This document shows positions 10,498-20,936 of a DNA stretch of 64,000 nucleotides, piece by piece. The stretch spans positions 672,001 through 736,000 of the forward strand of contig CBDDEL010000017.1 of NCBI GenBank assembly GCA_965226885.1, given 5' to 3'. The translations under genes and the position numbers were made by a program. Each line of letters opens with the position of its first letter. The first letter of the stretch is position 1. The notes under the pieces are model-generated. The model did no database searches. It was not told the origin of the DNA and saw nothing but the letters and a program-made list of their open reading frames with translations. The stretch comes from Opitutales bacterium (GTDB lineage Bacteria; Verrucomicrobiota; Verrucomicrobiia; Opitutales; UBA2987).

Positions 10498-12351
10498 TCA
10501 GCGTAGCGGGATCGGGCTGCGCCATAGGCGAATGGGCAGAAGACCAGCGCCGATAATTATCATTTGGCTGCACACAAACATTAAAAGCCAAAAGGTGGCC
10601 TTGTCTATAAATCCGTATGCGTGGAGGCCCACCCCCAGCATGTTGGTGCCGAACCAGGACCAGCATGTGACGACATTGCCGAAAACGGCCAGGCACATGA
10701 TGCCGCGTGGCCCTGTTATCTTTCCCCAACGGCAATGCAGCACCAAGGCGTTCCAGACGACGATCATGAGGGCGCCGTTTTCCTTGGGGTCCCAGCCCCA
10801 AAACCGGCCCCAGGACTGATCGGCCCAGATTCCTCCCAGGACGGTTCCCACAAAACTAAAGAGAAGGGCAAAGCATACGATGCCGTAAACCATACCATTG
10901 AGCCCTTGGGCCGTGGTTTTGTCGAGGCCACGCGTGAGCAGGCCACGAAGAATGTAAATGATAGCCAGAGCGCCGGCCAGGAAAGTCGCCGAATAGCCCA
11001 TAGTGACGGTGACGACATGTGTAGCCAGCCAGAAATTGGAGTCCAGCACAGCGCGCATCATTTCCATGGTGTCTCCGCTTCGGGACAGGTTATGGGCTAT
11101 GACGAGGGTGGAAAACCCGATCATCCCGGCCACCGCGGAACCGATCCCGTTTTTGTAAATGCGCTCCAGGATGATGCTTAAAAGAACTGCCACGAGGCCG
11201 ACAAAAACGGCGGACGAATACAGATTGGTGACTGGGGGACGGCCCTGTATGATCATCCGGGCCAAGAGCCCGATTGTCTGCACGGAAAATGCCAGCAGGA
11301 GCAGCCTATAAGCGGCCCGGTTCAAGGTCCCGGGCCAGCACAGCCAGGATATGGCCGCCACAAGGAAAACCATCACATAGAGAACGCTGCTGAGGTAGAA
11401 AGGTTCAAACTGGTTCAGGAAATATTCGGATCTACCATAGCGATAATGGTTTTTCGACCGCCTTTTCAGCTCATCTTTAAGCGATGTGAGGACGGTATTG
11501 AAAGTGGTTGCATCGTCCGCCTTATAAGCATCCGACAGCCGGGCATAATAAATCACGGACGGATCAATCTGTCCGGTCCTAATGACCTGGACCAGGCTTT
11601 CACCGATGTTTTCCCAGCTTTCCGGGCCGTCCTGTGGAGCGGGCGGGGGAATGATTTTTAAAGATGCCGTTTCCGATATGGAACGATAACGGCTGACAAA
11701 ATACAGGAAGCGGTCGAGCTTGACTTTATCGTGTTCTTCTCCCGCTTGCTGTTTATCCAGCTCTTCGCTGCCTTCTTCTATGGCGGTTTGATAGACGTGG
11801 TATTCGTGCTCGATGCCAGTGATTGCGTCGGGCGGGGAAATGCTGTGGGCCAAGCGGTAATAAACATTGAGGGCATTCAAGAGATTGATAGTGGCCCGCT
11901 CGTAGGCGGACCTTAATTGTGCCTCCTCGTTGACCAATTGACCCTGCCTTTGGATATCCTCGATATAGGGGCGTAAATCATCAAAGGAAAACAGAAAGCG
12001 GATTTTTTCCGCCTCCTCGATGCCCAGGCCGATCATCCCCAATAATTCCGGATTGGTGATGTAGAAAACATTCCTATGGTCGGCTTTTTGAGGATTAAAG
12101 GTAAGTTCCATGAGCCACTCAATGGCGGATACTTTTCCCCGTGCCTCATTGCGATAGGTCTGCTTTCTGCTCAACAGGAGCAATGCATTGCGGGCTGCGC
12201 TGTCCAGCGGCTTGAGACGGCCTCCCTCCAGCGTGGGCAGGGTGGCAAAATCCTTGACATTAAAATCGCCGCTATAGCGGGCGGGGCGCAAACCGCCGAT
12301 AACGATGACTATGCCCAGCGCCAGAATGATTATGCCGACGGCTTTTTTCAT
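10498..12351 (-). CDS. ccsA: Cytochrome c synthase CcsA (system II) with long N-terminal extracytoplasmic domain
   Basis: WWD motif WADQSWGRFWGWDPKE, GLHAY; start MKKAVG overlaps the upstream stop (ATGA). Confidence 0.9.
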   Translation of the reverse strand: MKKAVGIIILALGIVIVIGGLRPARYSGDFNVKDFATLPTLEGGRLKPLDSAARNALLLLSRKQTYRNEARGKVSAIEWLMELTFNPQKADHRNVFYITNPELLGMIGLGIEEAEKIRFLFSFDDLRPYIEDIQRQGQLVNEEAQLRSAYERATINLLNALNVYYRLAHSISPPDAITGIEHEYHVYQTAIEEGSEELDKQQAGEEHDKVKLDRFLYFVSRYRSISETASLKIIPPPAPQDGPESWENIGESLVQVIRTGQIDPSVIYYARLSDAYKADDATTFNTVLTSLKDELKRRSKNHYRYGRSEYFLNQFEPFYLSSVLYVMVFLVAAISWLCWPGTLNRAAYRLLLLAFSVQTIGLLARMIIQGRPPVTNLYSSAVFVGLVAVLLSIILERIYKNGIGSAVAGMIGFSTLVIAHNLSRSGDTMEMMRAVLDSNFWLATHVVTVTMGYSATFLAGALAIIYILRGLLTRGLDKTTAQGLNGMVYGIVCFALLFSFVGTVLGGIWADQSWGRFWGWDPKENGALMIVVWNALVLHCRWGKITGPRGIMCLAVFGNVVTCWSWFGTNMLGVGLHAYGFIDKATFWLLMFVCSQMIIIGAGLLPIRLWRSPIPLR

Positions 12352-13544
12352 GATTTTTGCTTTTGGGTAAAGCGGATTAGGTGATAGCCGAATTGAAAAA
12401 GGAGCCCCAAGGAAACCAGGATGCACGATATATAGGGAATCAGCCATCCCGGATTTCTCACCACCTGCAGCATGGATGCTTTGTCGTCGGGGGTGAAGGA
12501 TGCCTGGAAAAAGGTGAGTCCGGCATAGCGCAGGGGATGGTTCATGTAGATCAACACCTGTCTGTCTTCACCGGTCTGGGAATTTTTGAGGCGTATTTTG
12601 CTGGAAAAATTTTTCGGTATTTCCGTGCCGGGATAACGATCGTGAGTGAAATCGATCAACTCGATGGTATAAGGCAGGTATTCGCGTTTCAGCCGCAAGG
12701 CGATTTCAAAGACCTTACCTGCATGTAGAACAGTTTGAGCCGGAAAATCATCACCCAGCCAGGCCGAAACCAGCCAGGTCCCCAGGGAGCCTTCGGTCCC
12801 GATTAATTCCACCACGGCCGCGGGGACATCCTTTTCATTCTGCCTGGAGGTTTTCGGTCTTTCTTTGGCAGTTAAACCCATTTCAACGCCCAAGCCCTTG
12901 TTGGCGGGAAGCTGGGCGGTGGAGCCTCCTCCACCCTCTTCTCGATTTCGAAAAAGGGCCGAGTTGGGATAAAAATGGTCGATGCGAATCCGAAAAGGTA
13001 GTTTGGGGTGTTGAAAGGATCTATTCCTGGCAAAAAGCTTGGTCGGAATACTGACCACGCCGTCCGTCTCCGGATCGCTTTTATCGATAATGACCAATTC
13101 GGTGTCAAAATAGCTTTCCATATAATTGGCTGTGCCGCCTTCGTTAATCCAGAGGGTGCTCTCTTCCTGCAGGATGTTGGTTAACAACTGGCTGATTAAG
13201 AGAAGCACCACACCGGTGTGGATCATGACGATGCCGGCTTTTTTCCAACTGGGCCGGAAATAGCGAAAATGGGCCGATGTAAGATTCACCACCAGTAGCG
13301 GACCGATCAGGTAACCACCGGGCACGGGCAGGCCGAGCCGGGAGAACCAGCTTCCCAACCACCATTGCGGTGGGTATTTCCAGATACCAAAAAAACTTTC
13401 AAAATATTCCTTTTGGGCACCTCGAATGCCCATGTTAACCTGGTCCAGTGTACCGAAAAAAATCAGCGCCAAGGAACAGGCCAACAGCGCCACGGTAAGC
13501 CGCACCGAAGTGATAACGTTTAAAATTTGCCTTATGACGTTCAT
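12348..13544 (-). CDS. ResB/CcsB-like cytochrome c biogenesis protein
   Basis: N-terminal TMs, KAGIVMIHTG, YPGTEIPKNFSS, IYMNHPLRYAGLTFFQAS; directly upstream of ccsA. Confidence 0.85.
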   Translation of the reverse strand: MNVIRQILNVITSVRLTVALLACSLALIFFGTLDQVNMGIRGAQKEYFESFFGIWKYPPQWWLGSWFSRLGLPVPGGYLIGPLLVVNLTSAHFRYFRPSWKKAGIVMIHTGVVLLLISQLLTNILQEESTLWINEGGTANYMESYFDTELVIIDKSDPETDGVVSIPTKLFARNRSFQHPKLPFRIRIDHFYPNSALFRNREEGGGGSTAQLPANKGLGVEMGLTAKERPKTSRQNEKDVPAAVVELIGTEGSLGTWLVSAWLGDDFPAQTVLHAGKVFEIALRLKREYLPYTIELIDFTHDRYPGTEIPKNFSSKIRLKNSQTGEDRQVLIYMNHPLRYAGLTFFQASFTPDDKASMLQVVRNPGWLIPYISCILVSLGLLFQFGYHLIRFTQKQKS

Positions 13545-13553
13545 TTGAAGCGT

Positions 13554-14651
13554 TTAAAATTTTACCGAATTTAGAAATTCCATAAATGGTTTTTGCTGTA
13601 TTTCGACCAGGGATGCATCGCCCGACATTTTAAAAAACCAGGAATTTCCTTTATGGGTAAAGGTGCCTACCAAGCTGCGCTGTGGATGAAATTTTCCAGC
13701 GGGAGGGGTCAATCCAGAGAGGTCCACATATTGGCATTCTTTGCCGTCGATGTCCAGTTTCTCTACGACCGTATCCACCATCCCGGCCGTAACCGGACCG
13801 AGCCCGATTTGGTTTCGCCAGCGGTTGATGTTGGCCAGCATGCCCCCGACATCGCCCGGAAAGGTGGTCACGGCGATATCCACCATTTTGTTGTCGTCTC
13901 CCATCACCTGATAACTGCCGCGCCTCATCTGCGAAGGCCTACCGGGTTGCCAAACTTCTGGAATGGTCCATTGGGGGTTGCCCTGCTGGGAAGAAGCATT
14001 CTGGGGCAGGTTTTGCATGGCCATTCCACCAGCGATCCCGGCATGGGGATCCCGGTCGATTTCAACCGAACTTAAAAATTCCAGAAAACGATCGGTCTCG
14101 GCCATTATGGTCGCTTCCGCGCCCTTTAGCTTGAAGAACCATGTGCGGCTGGGCTCTTTCAAGACTGCCGCCAGGACGGATATAATATTCTCCTCCTCCC
14201 CAAGGGGTTTATCGCTCGTCAATCGAATGAGGGTGAATTCATTGTCACCGGCTGAAAATTTTTCAAAAATATCCTGGTTGGAACGCGCATCCTCTTTTTC
14301 CAGTTTAAGCTCGTCAGCCAGGAGATGGGCAAAATCCTCGACCTGAACGGCCTGGGGCGGAAAGTCCAAAACCACAACATCGGCATGAGGCAAGTCATTT
14401 GGGTGGATGTGGAAATTGCCCCTGACAGAACGCTGGGCTTCGCCTTCCACCCAGCCTTGAGGGGTTTTCCAGGAGATGCCGGGAGGATGGCCTGCAGTAG
14501 GCGGATGGCCCGGGGGCAGGCCGTCAGATCTCGCTAGATTGGGGGTTTCTTTGGGAATTTCATAATAAACAACCTCATTTTTTTTACAAGCACCCAGCAA
14601 GCAGATGACCAGCAATGCGAATCGAAACATCCAAATTCGGTTCAGCTTCAT
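13554..14651 (-). CDS. Putative lipoprotein with two related domains, in the ccs operon
   Basis: Lipobox LLGAC; LPPGHPP and DPHAG motifs; duplicated WxxPxxW...WFFK(L/M)xG...FxxFLxSV domain. Confidence 0.75.
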   Translation of the reverse strand: MKLNRIWMFRFALLVICLLGACKKNEVVYYEIPKETPNLARSDGLPPGHPPTAGHPPGISWKTPQGWVEGEAQRSVRGNFHIHPNDLPHADVVVLDFPPQAVQVEDFAHLLADELKLEKEDARSNQDIFEKFSAGDNEFTLIRLTSDKPLGEEENIISVLAAVLKEPSRTWFFKLKGAEATIMAETDRFLEFLSSVEIDRDPHAGIAGGMAMQNLPQNASSQQGNPQWTIPEVWQPGRPSQMRRGSYQVMGDDNKMVDIAVTTFPGDVGGMLANINRWRNQIGLGPVTAGMVDTVVEKLDIDGKECQYVDLSGLTPPAGKFHPQRSLVGTFTHKGNSWFFKMSGDASLVEIQQKPFMEFLNSVKF

Positions 14652-14820
14652 ATATAGAAAAAGATAAGAAAATGCCTCACAGTCTCCAGTCTCGTTTGCA
14701 AATAGCCTCATTGATAGAAACGATTGAAACGTAAACCGAAAACCCAATGGGTCAAGTTGCATTGGTATTTAGGTATAATCCAGCCATTCAGAGTCGACCC
14801 CTTTTGAGGGGACCCTTTTT

Positions 14821-17070
14821 TTATTCATTGAGGATTTTTTGGCGCAGACCGGTGCAGCGATAAGAGCTTTCCTTGTTTTTTACGGCCATGGCATAGGCAG
14901 CCGGATCGCCCACCAGAAACACTTTTTTGCGGGCGCGAGTCAGCGCGGTGTAAAGCAGGTTGCGCTGCAATAGCATGTATTGCTGCTTGAGCAGGGGCAA
15001 GATTACGACCGGAAACTCGCTTCCCTGGGCTTTATGCACGGTTGTGGCATAGGCCAATTGCAAGTCGGCCAGCTCGGATCGGTCAAAATCGATTATCTTG
15101 CCATCGAATTCTGCCGCCAAGGTGCCTGACTCAAGGTTTACTGCGGTAATTTTCCCCAAATCCCCATTAAAAATCTGTTTTTCATAATTGTTTCGGGTCT
15201 GGATTATTTTGTCGCCAATTGAAAACCGGCATTCCCCAATCCGAATGCCCGAATTTCGGGGATTAATGATGGCTTGCAGTTGTTTGTTCAGATTGGCGAT
15301 GCCGACAACGCCTTTATGCATCGGCGCAATGACCTGCGCTTCCCAAACCGGGTCGAGGCCGAGTTTTTGGGGCAAAAATCGGCTGCAAAGATCGAGTACC
15401 GCTTGCAGGCATTGCTCCGGCTCGGGTGCGGTGATGAACCGCAAATCATCCTGTGGGTCGATGGAGTCAATCTCGGCTGCAGGGTGCCTGGGCGGAGTCG
15501 CTGGGTTACCTTCCAACACCTCGTAGGCAACCGTTACAATGGGGCTGCGAGCTTCCTGCCGGTAGATGGTCTTTAAACGGGTCACCGCAATAGAGCCGCA
15601 TTCCATGAGGTCTTTGAGGACATTGCCCGGTCCGACAGAGGGCAATTGGTCCACATCGCCCACCAGAACCAGGTGCAAATCCGCTGGTAATGCCCGGAAA
15701 AGAGAGGCCGCCAGGCGATTGTCGAGCATGCTGGCCTCATCCAGAATAACGGCGCCTGCCATTAACGGGTTGCTTTCGTTGACCGTGAATCGCCTTTCGG
15801 CGGGATCGAAATTGAGCAGCCGATGGATCGTACGGGAGCTGATGCCGGCCGCTTCGCTCATTCTTTGGGCCGCCCGTCCGGTGGGAGCGGCTAATATGAT
15901 TTTTACTTTTTTTGCGCCCAAAATCTCCACTATGGCGCGCAGAATCGTTGTTTTGCCGGTGCCGGGTCCACCGGTGATGACAGAAATCTTATTGCCCAAA
16001 GCAGTCCTGATGGCCTCAGCCTGCTCGGGGCCGAATGCGATGCCGCCTCTCTGCTGCGCCCAGTTGACAGCGGCTTCGATTTTAATGGGGGGAAACCCGG
16101 ACGGGTGCTTCAGCAGCCTGGCCACGCCCTGGGCGATTTTTGTTTCCGCCTGCGCCGTTAGGGGTAGTTGTAAAAGGTTATCCCGTTTATCGAGATGAAG
16201 ACTGCCTTCTCCCAGCAGGCTCTCCAAGCCACGATTGATGTTGGCCGGATCGGTTTGCAGCAATTCCGCCGCGTAGGACCGCAAATCTTCCTTTGCATAG
16301 GCGGTATGCCCCTCATCCTCAAGTGTTTGCAGGGCATGTAGGATGCCCGCTTCGATTCTCGGCGCACTGTCGTTGGCAAAACCCAGATTGATGGCGATTT
16401 TGTCGGCCGTCTTGAAACCGATGCCGGGAATCTCTCGAACTACCTGATACGGTTCCGACCGTAAAACGCGGGCTGCGTCATGGCCGTATTTGGCCACTAT
16501 TTTAACGCATTGGGCCACGGTCACCCCGTAGGTTTGCAAAAACATCATCACTTCCCGCACGGAGCGCTGCTCTTCCCAGGCTTTTTTGATGGCCCTGGCC
16601 CTCTTTCGTCCGATCCCGGGAACCTCCCTCAGGCGGGCCGATTCTTCCGAAATGATTTTCAATGTCTCCGCCCCGAAGTAGTCCACGATATTATCGGCAA
16701 AAACCTTGCCCAGGCCTGGAACCAGGCCGCTACCCAGGTATTTGCGAATTCCATAAACATTCGAAGGCAGAGTGGAACGGAATTCCCGGATTTTAAACTG
16801 CCGACCGAACCGGTTATGATCGATCCATTGGCCTGCCAGGTGCAAGGTTTCCCCGCATTGCACACCGGGTAGCGCGCCAGCGATGGTAGCCGCTTGGCCT
16901 CCTTCCCGTCCGCGGAATTCTCCAACGCAATAATGATTTTCATCATTGTAAAAAAGAATTCGCTCAAGGACACCGCGGAGGACCTCTTCGCCCGGTTTCA
17001 GGTTTATTTTTGCGGTCGAGGACACGGTTTGTGCAAGCGGTTTTGGGGTGGCGGGACGGGCTTGACCCAC
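14821..17070 (-). CDS. recD2: RecD2-like ATP-dependent helicase
   Basis: HhH region GIGFKTAD, TGGPGTGKTT, DEASM, AYATTVHKAQGSEF, LLYTALTRA. Confidence 0.93.
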   Translation of the reverse strand: MGQARPATPKPLAQTVSSTAKINLKPGEEVLRGVLERILFYNDENHYCVGEFRGREGGQAATIAGALPGVQCGETLHLAGQWIDHNRFGRQFKIREFRSTLPSNVYGIRKYLGSGLVPGLGKVFADNIVDYFGAETLKIISEESARLREVPGIGRKRARAIKKAWEEQRSVREVMMFLQTYGVTVAQCVKIVAKYGHDAARVLRSEPYQVVREIPGIGFKTADKIAINLGFANDSAPRIEAGILHALQTLEDEGHTAYAKEDLRSYAAELLQTDPANINRGLESLLGEGSLHLDKRDNLLQLPLTAQAETKIAQGVARLLKHPSGFPPIKIEAAVNWAQQRGGIAFGPEQAEAIRTALGNKISVITGGPGTGKTTILRAIVEILGAKKVKIILAAPTGRAAQRMSEAAGISSRTIHRLLNFDPAERRFTVNESNPLMAGAVILDEASMLDNRLAASLFRALPADLHLVLVGDVDQLPSVGPGNVLKDLMECGSIAVTRLKTIYRQEARSPIVTVAYEVLEGNPATPPRHPAAEIDSIDPQDDLRFITAPEPEQCLQAVLDLCSRFLPQKLGLDPVWEAQVIAPMHKGVVGIANLNKQLQAIINPRNSGIRIGECRFSIGDKIIQTRNNYEKQIFNGDLGKITAVNLESGTLAAEFDGKIIDFDRSELADLQLAYATTVHKAQGSEFPVVILPLLKQQYMLLQRNLLYTALTRARKKVFLVGDPAAYAMAVKNKESSYRCTGLRQKILNE

Positions 17071-17104
17071 GGTAATGGTTAAGGGAAGATAAGAGGCAAG
17101 GTTG

Positions 17105-18244
17105 ATGGATTCTCAAGCGCAAAAAGCCATGTTCACCTCCGAGTTGGCAGGCGAACGTCTCGTCCTGCATCTTTCCGGGATTTGGAAACTAGGCTGCGGC
17201 ATTCCCGATATCGAAGAGATTGAAAAATCCGCAAAAGCGGAAACCGGCTGCAAAAGCGTCTCCTTCGACACCTCGAAGGTGGCTGGCTGGGATTCCGGTT
17301 TGATGACGTTTTTGATAAAAGTCCTGCGTTTTTGCCAGGCCAACGGCTATCGATTCGACCAGGATTCGCTGCCGGATGATTTAAGCCGCCTGCTAACTCT
17401 ATCGCAGGCCGTTCCGGAACAAGAAGATATTGGCGGCCACGCCAGGCAAAGAAGTTTCCTCTACCGGTTTGGCCAAAAGAGCCTTCGCAGTTACGAAGAA
17501 TTGGTGGCCAGCATATCTTTTGTGGGGGAATGCTTCCAGAGCGTAATAGGTCTCTTAAGGGGCCGCAGGCCGTTTCGCTGGCGGGATTTTTTTCTCGTTT
17601 TGCAAGAGGTGGGGGCCGATGCCCTGCCCATAGTCGCCCTTATCAGTTTTTTGGTCGGCGTGATCATTTCTTTTCTCGGCGCCGTGGTTCTGCAGCGGTT
17701 TGGGGCCGATGTCTATGTCTCTTACCTGGTGGCCTATGGCATGCTCAGGGAAATGGGCGCCTTGATGACCGGCATTATCATAGCGGGGCGAACAGGGGCC
17801 GCTTTTGCCGCCCAGATCGGGAGCATGAAAGTGTCCGAGGAGATCGACGCCCTCAAGACCCTGGGCATCTCCCCCATCGATTTTATTGTTCTGCCGCGCA
17901 TGCTGGCATTGTTTATCATGATGCCTCTTCTGACCATCTATGCCGACATTATCGGTATTTTCAGCGGTATGCTGATTTCCAAAGGCATGCTCGATATCGC
18001 CTATCCCATTTTTTTGAACGGTATGCTGGAGGCTGTCGACCTGCGCGACTTTTTTCTCGGCGTCGTCAAGGGAACGGTTTTTGGAGTGATCGTGGCGGTG
18101 TCGGGGTGCCTCAAAGGTATGCGGTGCGGCAACAGCGCCGACGCCGTGGGCATGGCCACCACTTCGGCCGTGGTGACGGGCATCACTTTCATCATTGTGG
18201 CCAACGCCCTCATTGACTGGATGGCCGCCATTTACGGAATTTGA
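17105..18244 (+). CDS. mlaE: MlaE-family permease with N-terminal STAS-like domain
   Basis: REMGALMTGIIIAGRTGAAFAAQIGSMKVSEEIDAL. Confidence 0.9.
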   Translation: MDSQAQKAMFTSELAGERLVLHLSGIWKLGCGIPDIEEIEKSAKAETGCKSVSFDTSKVAGWDSGLMTFLIKVLRFCQANGYRFDQDSLPDDLSRLLTLSQAVPEQEDIGGHARQRSFLYRFGQKSLRSYEELVASISFVGECFQSVIGLLRGRRPFRWRDFFLVLQEVGADALPIVALISFLVGVIISFLGAVVLQRFGADVYVSYLVAYGMLREMGALMTGIIIAGRTGAAFAAQIGSMKVSEEIDALKTLGISPIDFIVLPRMLALFIMMPLLTIYADIIGIFSGMLISKGMLDIAYPIFLNGMLEAVDLRDFFLGVVKGTVFGVIVAVSGCLKGMRCGNSADAVGMATTSAVVTGITFIIVANALIDWMAAIYGI

Positions 18245-18253
18245 GTCACTATT

Positions 18254-19030
18254 ATGAATAAACAGCCGAACGGAACCGCCGCTGCCCATATCGAAGTCAG
18301 CCAACTTAAGATGGCTTACGGTGATTTCGTGGTCATGCGCGACCTCAATTTCAAGGTTCGGCGCAGCGAGGTGATGGTCATCATGGGGGGGAGCGGCTGC
18401 GGCAAGAGCACCTTGCTGCGCCACCTCATCGGGTTGAAAATCCCCGCCCAAGGCGATATTCTTTACGATGGCGAAAGTTTTGTGCAGTCCTCGGAAATGG
18501 AACGGAAGAAAAAACTGCGCTCGTTCGGCGTGCTCTACCAAGGAGGCGCCTTATGGAGTTCCATGACTCTGGCCGAAAATATCACTCTGCCCCTGGAAGA
18601 ATACACCAACCTGTCACCTTCCGAAATTGGCGAAGTGGTCTCCTACAAACTCTCCCTCGTGGGGCTGGCCGGTTTCGAGGAATTTTACCCATCGGAAATC
18701 AGCGGCGGCATGCGCAAAAGAGCGGGACTGGCCAGGGCTATGGCCCTGGACCCAGAAATTCTGTTTTTCGACGAGCCCTCGGCCGGGTTGGACCCCATCA
18801 GCTCCAGCCGCCTGGACGATCTCATCCTGCAATTGCGGGACAGTTTGGGCTCCACCGTGGTAGTCGTGACCCACGAACTGCAAAGCATCTTCGCAATTGC
18901 CGACAAGGCGGTTTTCCTCGATGTTGAAAAACGCACCATGACCGCTCTGGGGAATCCCAACGAGATGCTTAACAATCCGCCCAACGACAATGTGCGGCGT
19001 TTTCTAACCCGTGACAGCGCTCCCCTTTGA
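18254..19030 (+). CDS. mlaF: MlaF-family ABC ATPase
   Basis: GGSGCGKST, ISGGMRKRAGLARA, FDEPSAGLDP. Confidence 0.92.
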   Translation: MNKQPNGTAAAHIEVSQLKMAYGDFVVMRDLNFKVRRSEVMVIMGGSGCGKSTLLRHLIGLKIPAQGDILYDGESFVQSSEMERKKKLRSFGVLYQGGALWSSMTLAENITLPLEEYTNLSPSEIGEVVSYKLSLVGLAGFEEFYPSEISGGMRKRAGLARAMALDPEILFFDEPSAGLDPISSSRLDDLILQLRDSLGSTVVVVTHELQSIFAIADKAVFLDVEKRTMTALGNPNEMLNNPPNDNVRRFLTRDSAPL

Positions 19031-19129
19031 CTTTGACTTTTTTATCCCGCCATGCCCCAATCCTGCCCATAATCTACCGCAAGCGTCGACTGCGACTATA
19101 CTCATAACCAAAAATTTGTTTGTTTTAAT

Positions 19130-20161
19130 ATGAGCCGAAAAGCCAATCCCGCCCTGATTGGAATCTTTGTGCTGGGTTCGATCATCCTGGCGATTGCCGC
19201 CATTGTCTTTTTCAGCTCCATGAAGTTCTTCACCGAAAGCGAAGACTTTATCGTTTATTTCGATGAGGCGGTCAGCGGTCTGGATGTGGGCGCAGCGGTT
19301 AAATTTCGTGGGGTTCCCATCGGAAGCGTGAAAGAAATTTTTATACGCTATAACCAGGATGAGGAGTCAGACCACATTCCCGTCATTATTAAACTGGACC
19401 TAACCCTCCTCAACAGCTCCCTCGGGGTGGATGTCGACATTCGGGATGAAGAGGTATTTTTCGCGATCATTAACCAGGGTTACCGGGCCCAATTGGTCAT
19501 GGAGAGCTTTATTACCGGCTTGCTCTACATCGAGATCGATATCGACGAGGATGCCGGCCGCCCGAAATGGATTCAGGAAGAAGCCATCTACAAAGAGTTT
19601 CCCTCCAAACCCTCCTTGACCGCCGCTCTCGGGCAGACGGCCCAGGAGGTTTTTGCCATGATTGGGCCGCTCGATATTCAGACTATTAACAACGAATTGG
19701 TGGGAGTCCTCTCAAAAGCCAACCAGGGGCTCGACGAAATAGAGTTCGCCCGCATCAACGATTCGCTCATCGGGGCCGCCGATGCGGCCACCAAACTGAT
19801 ACAATCGGAGAAAATTACGGCCACGCTCGACAACCTCAACCAAGCCCTCAAGGAATATGAGAAACTGGCCTCCGACGTGCGCGGCAAGATCGACCCCGTG
19901 TTGGCCAAAGCGGACCTAACCAATGTTGAAATCCAGAAAACATTGCAAAAAGTACGCGATGCGTCCGCCCAGATAGAACTCGCCCTTTCACCTGAATCTT
20001 CCCTGCGCTACGAGTTGGAGAACACACTCTCCGAACTGGCCGAACTGGCCGAATCCATTCGCCTGCTGGCTGAATTCCTGGAACGCAACCCCAGGGCGCT
20101 CCTGACCGGAAAAGAGTTGCCCCTATCCGAATCCAACCGGAAGAAGAAAAAGAAAAAATGA
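19130..20161 (+). CDS. mlaD: MCE/MlaD-family protein
   Basis: GLDVGAAVKFRGVPIGSV; helical tail ending LERNPRALLTG. Confidence 0.88.
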   Translation: MSRKANPALIGIFVLGSIILAIAAIVFFSSMKFFTESEDFIVYFDEAVSGLDVGAAVKFRGVPIGSVKEIFIRYNQDEESDHIPVIIKLDLTLLNSSLGVDVDIRDEEVFFAIINQGYRAQLVMESFITGLLYIEIDIDEDAGRPKWIQEEAIYKEFPSKPSLTAALGQTAQEVFAMIGPLDIQTINNELVGVLSKANQGLDEIEFARINDSLIGAADAATKLIQSEKITATLDNLNQALKEYEKLASDVRGKIDPVLAKADLTNVEIQKTLQKVRDASAQIELALSPESSLRYELENTLSELAELAESIRLLAEFLERNPRALLTGKELPLSESNRKKKKKK

Positions 20162-20784
20162 ATCAACAACTTTCCAACCGAATACTGATCCCCGCATCTC
20201 TCCCGCTAATGCTCTTTTTATTCATAGCGTACGGGTGCATTAACCTGGAGTCGCAGCACGATCCCACCCGTATCTTCGTGCTAAGCGGAAACTCCCCAAC
20301 AGTTCCGGCCGCGGCAAAAGAGGGATTTGCGATAAGATTTAAACAAATTGAGCTGCCATCCTACCTGGACAGCCCGAAAATAGCGACCCGCCAAGGAGGT
20401 TTCGAAATCATATACTCCGAGTTCAACCGATGGGGTGAAGACCTGGACAAGGCCATTGGGCGAATACTGGTTGAAACTCTACTGGCCCATCCCCGGATAA
20501 GAGAGGTTACCCTATCCCCATCCAACCAGGCGGAAAGCGATTTCCAGATCTCACTGAGCATTTCGCAGTTCGAAGGCATCAACAAAAATGCCGCAGTTTT
20601 GGAAGCCCGCTGGAATATAGTATATGCCGAAACCGGGGAAACTATTGAAGCAGGAATCATCACCGCCAACCGCTCTTGGGATGGGCAGGATTATGCGGCA
20701 CTCGTGCGCTCCTTAAGCGATACTCTGGCAGAGCTGGGACAAGATATTTCCCGAGTTTTCGATGAGATTTCCAAACAACCCTGA
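20158..20784 (+). CDS. PqiC-family lipoprotein
   Basis: Lipobox AYGC, LPSYLD, RWGEDL; last gene of the MCE operon. Confidence 0.8.
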   Translation: MNQQLSNRILIPASLPLMLFLFIAYGCINLESQHDPTRIFVLSGNSPTVPAAAKEGFAIRFKQIELPSYLDSPKIATRQGGFEIIYSEFNRWGEDLDKAIGRILVETLLAHPRIREVTLSPSNQAESDFQISLSISQFEGINKNAAVLEARWNIVYAETGETIEAGIITANRSWDGQDYAALVRSLSDTLAELGQDISRVFDEISKQP

Positions 20785-20820
20785 AATCACTGAAAAAAAG
20801 CATCTCCAGCATTTAAAAAC

Positions 20821-20868
20821 TGGAGCCGGCTGTCGGATTCGGATCGACGACCTGATGATTACAAATCA
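20821..20868 (-). tRNA. 3' fragment of tRNA-Thr(UGU), degenerate; probable att junction
   Basis: Minus strand TGATTTGTAATCA (anticodon arm)...GATCCGAATCCGACAGCCGGCTCCA; no D-arm or 5' acceptor strand; T-loop GTTC altered. Confidence 0.8.
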
Positions 20869-20912
20869 ATATATTTAATGCGTAAGCTGTTGTTTATGAG
20901 TCGCAATCCACA

Positions 20913-20936
20913 CTTATAACACGGCTTATCACACGG
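20913..20936. repeat. Tandem 12-bp direct repeat, possible integrase arm-type sites
   Basis: CTTATAACACGG CTTATCACACGG (11/12), 45 bp inside the tRNA fragment. Confidence 0.5.

Noticed and set aside
17530..18541. Overlapping 228-aa and 328-aa ORFs
   Set aside because: Alternate-frame and antisense shadows of mlaE/mlaF in GC-rich coding DNA
20821..20868. Functional tRNA-Thr
   Set aside because: The 5' half is absent and the T-arm is mutated
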